From the human T2T-CHM13v2.0 reference genome, Homo sapiens, in assembly GCF_009914755.1 (NCBI RefSeq), contig NC_060925.1: 64,000 nucleotides of DNA; one strand, 5' to 3'. The notes below the pieces were generated by a model. The model saw nothing but the letters and a program-made list of their open reading frames with translations, did no database searches and was not told the DNA's origin. Numbering within the stretch: the first letter of the stretch is position 1; every line of letters begins with the position of its first letter. The translations under genes and the position numbers were made by a program. Shown in pieces: positions 63,723 to 64,000 of this stretch.

Positions 63723-64000
63723 TGTGTGACCTTGCATGAGCCATTTCGTTTCCCTGAGTTGCAGTTTCCTGCTCACAGCATTGTTGGGATGAAGAGTGTG
63801 ACTGCACCTAGTTGATGAATAACATAGGGGTTGGATGAATGAATGAATGAATGAGGAAGAGAGAAGCCTGATCCCTTTCTCACCATTCCATACTGAGAGC
63901 CAGACTTAAAGCAACTGTAGGAGGTAGCCTTGTAAATCAATCCTCTTGAACTCTGCAAGGGAAAGGAGATGGGCTGTTCCAGTAAAAGGTGCCACTGTAA

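Overview
Primate, almost certainly human, genomic DNA that is mostly transposable-element derived. The right part holds the 3' end of AGBL4 (cytosolic carboxypeptidase 6, CCP6; chr1p33 from memory) on the minus strand, none of it shown as such in the ORF track. It comprises a 97-nt exon (58400-58496), a 27-nt microexon (53648-53674) that sits inside an antisense MIR, a terminal exon (stop 52931-52933, AATAAA at 51624-51629) and a second in-phase candidate terminal exon (41344-41455, tandem AATAAA at 41302-41311). About 2.3 kb further downstream, in the same orientation, lies a two-LTR HERV-K(HML-3)/MER9 provirus (32011-39019) with broken gag-pro-pol, a matrix-deleted gag and a shortened env. 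The window also contains a full-length RPL21 processed pseudogene, a solo LTR7 (HERV-H), many Alu, L1, L2, MIR, MaLR, ERVL and DNA-transposon relics, an ~850-bp AT-rich minisatellite and two strong CTCF motifs. A 134-bp near-perfect local inverted duplication is not explained by repeat ancestry. I see no evidence of a wholly new multi-gene system; the most interesting items are TE-derived and alternative splicing at the AGBL4 3' end and local templated duplications. Repeat subfamily names come from recalled consensus sequences, and many repeat boundaries are approximate.
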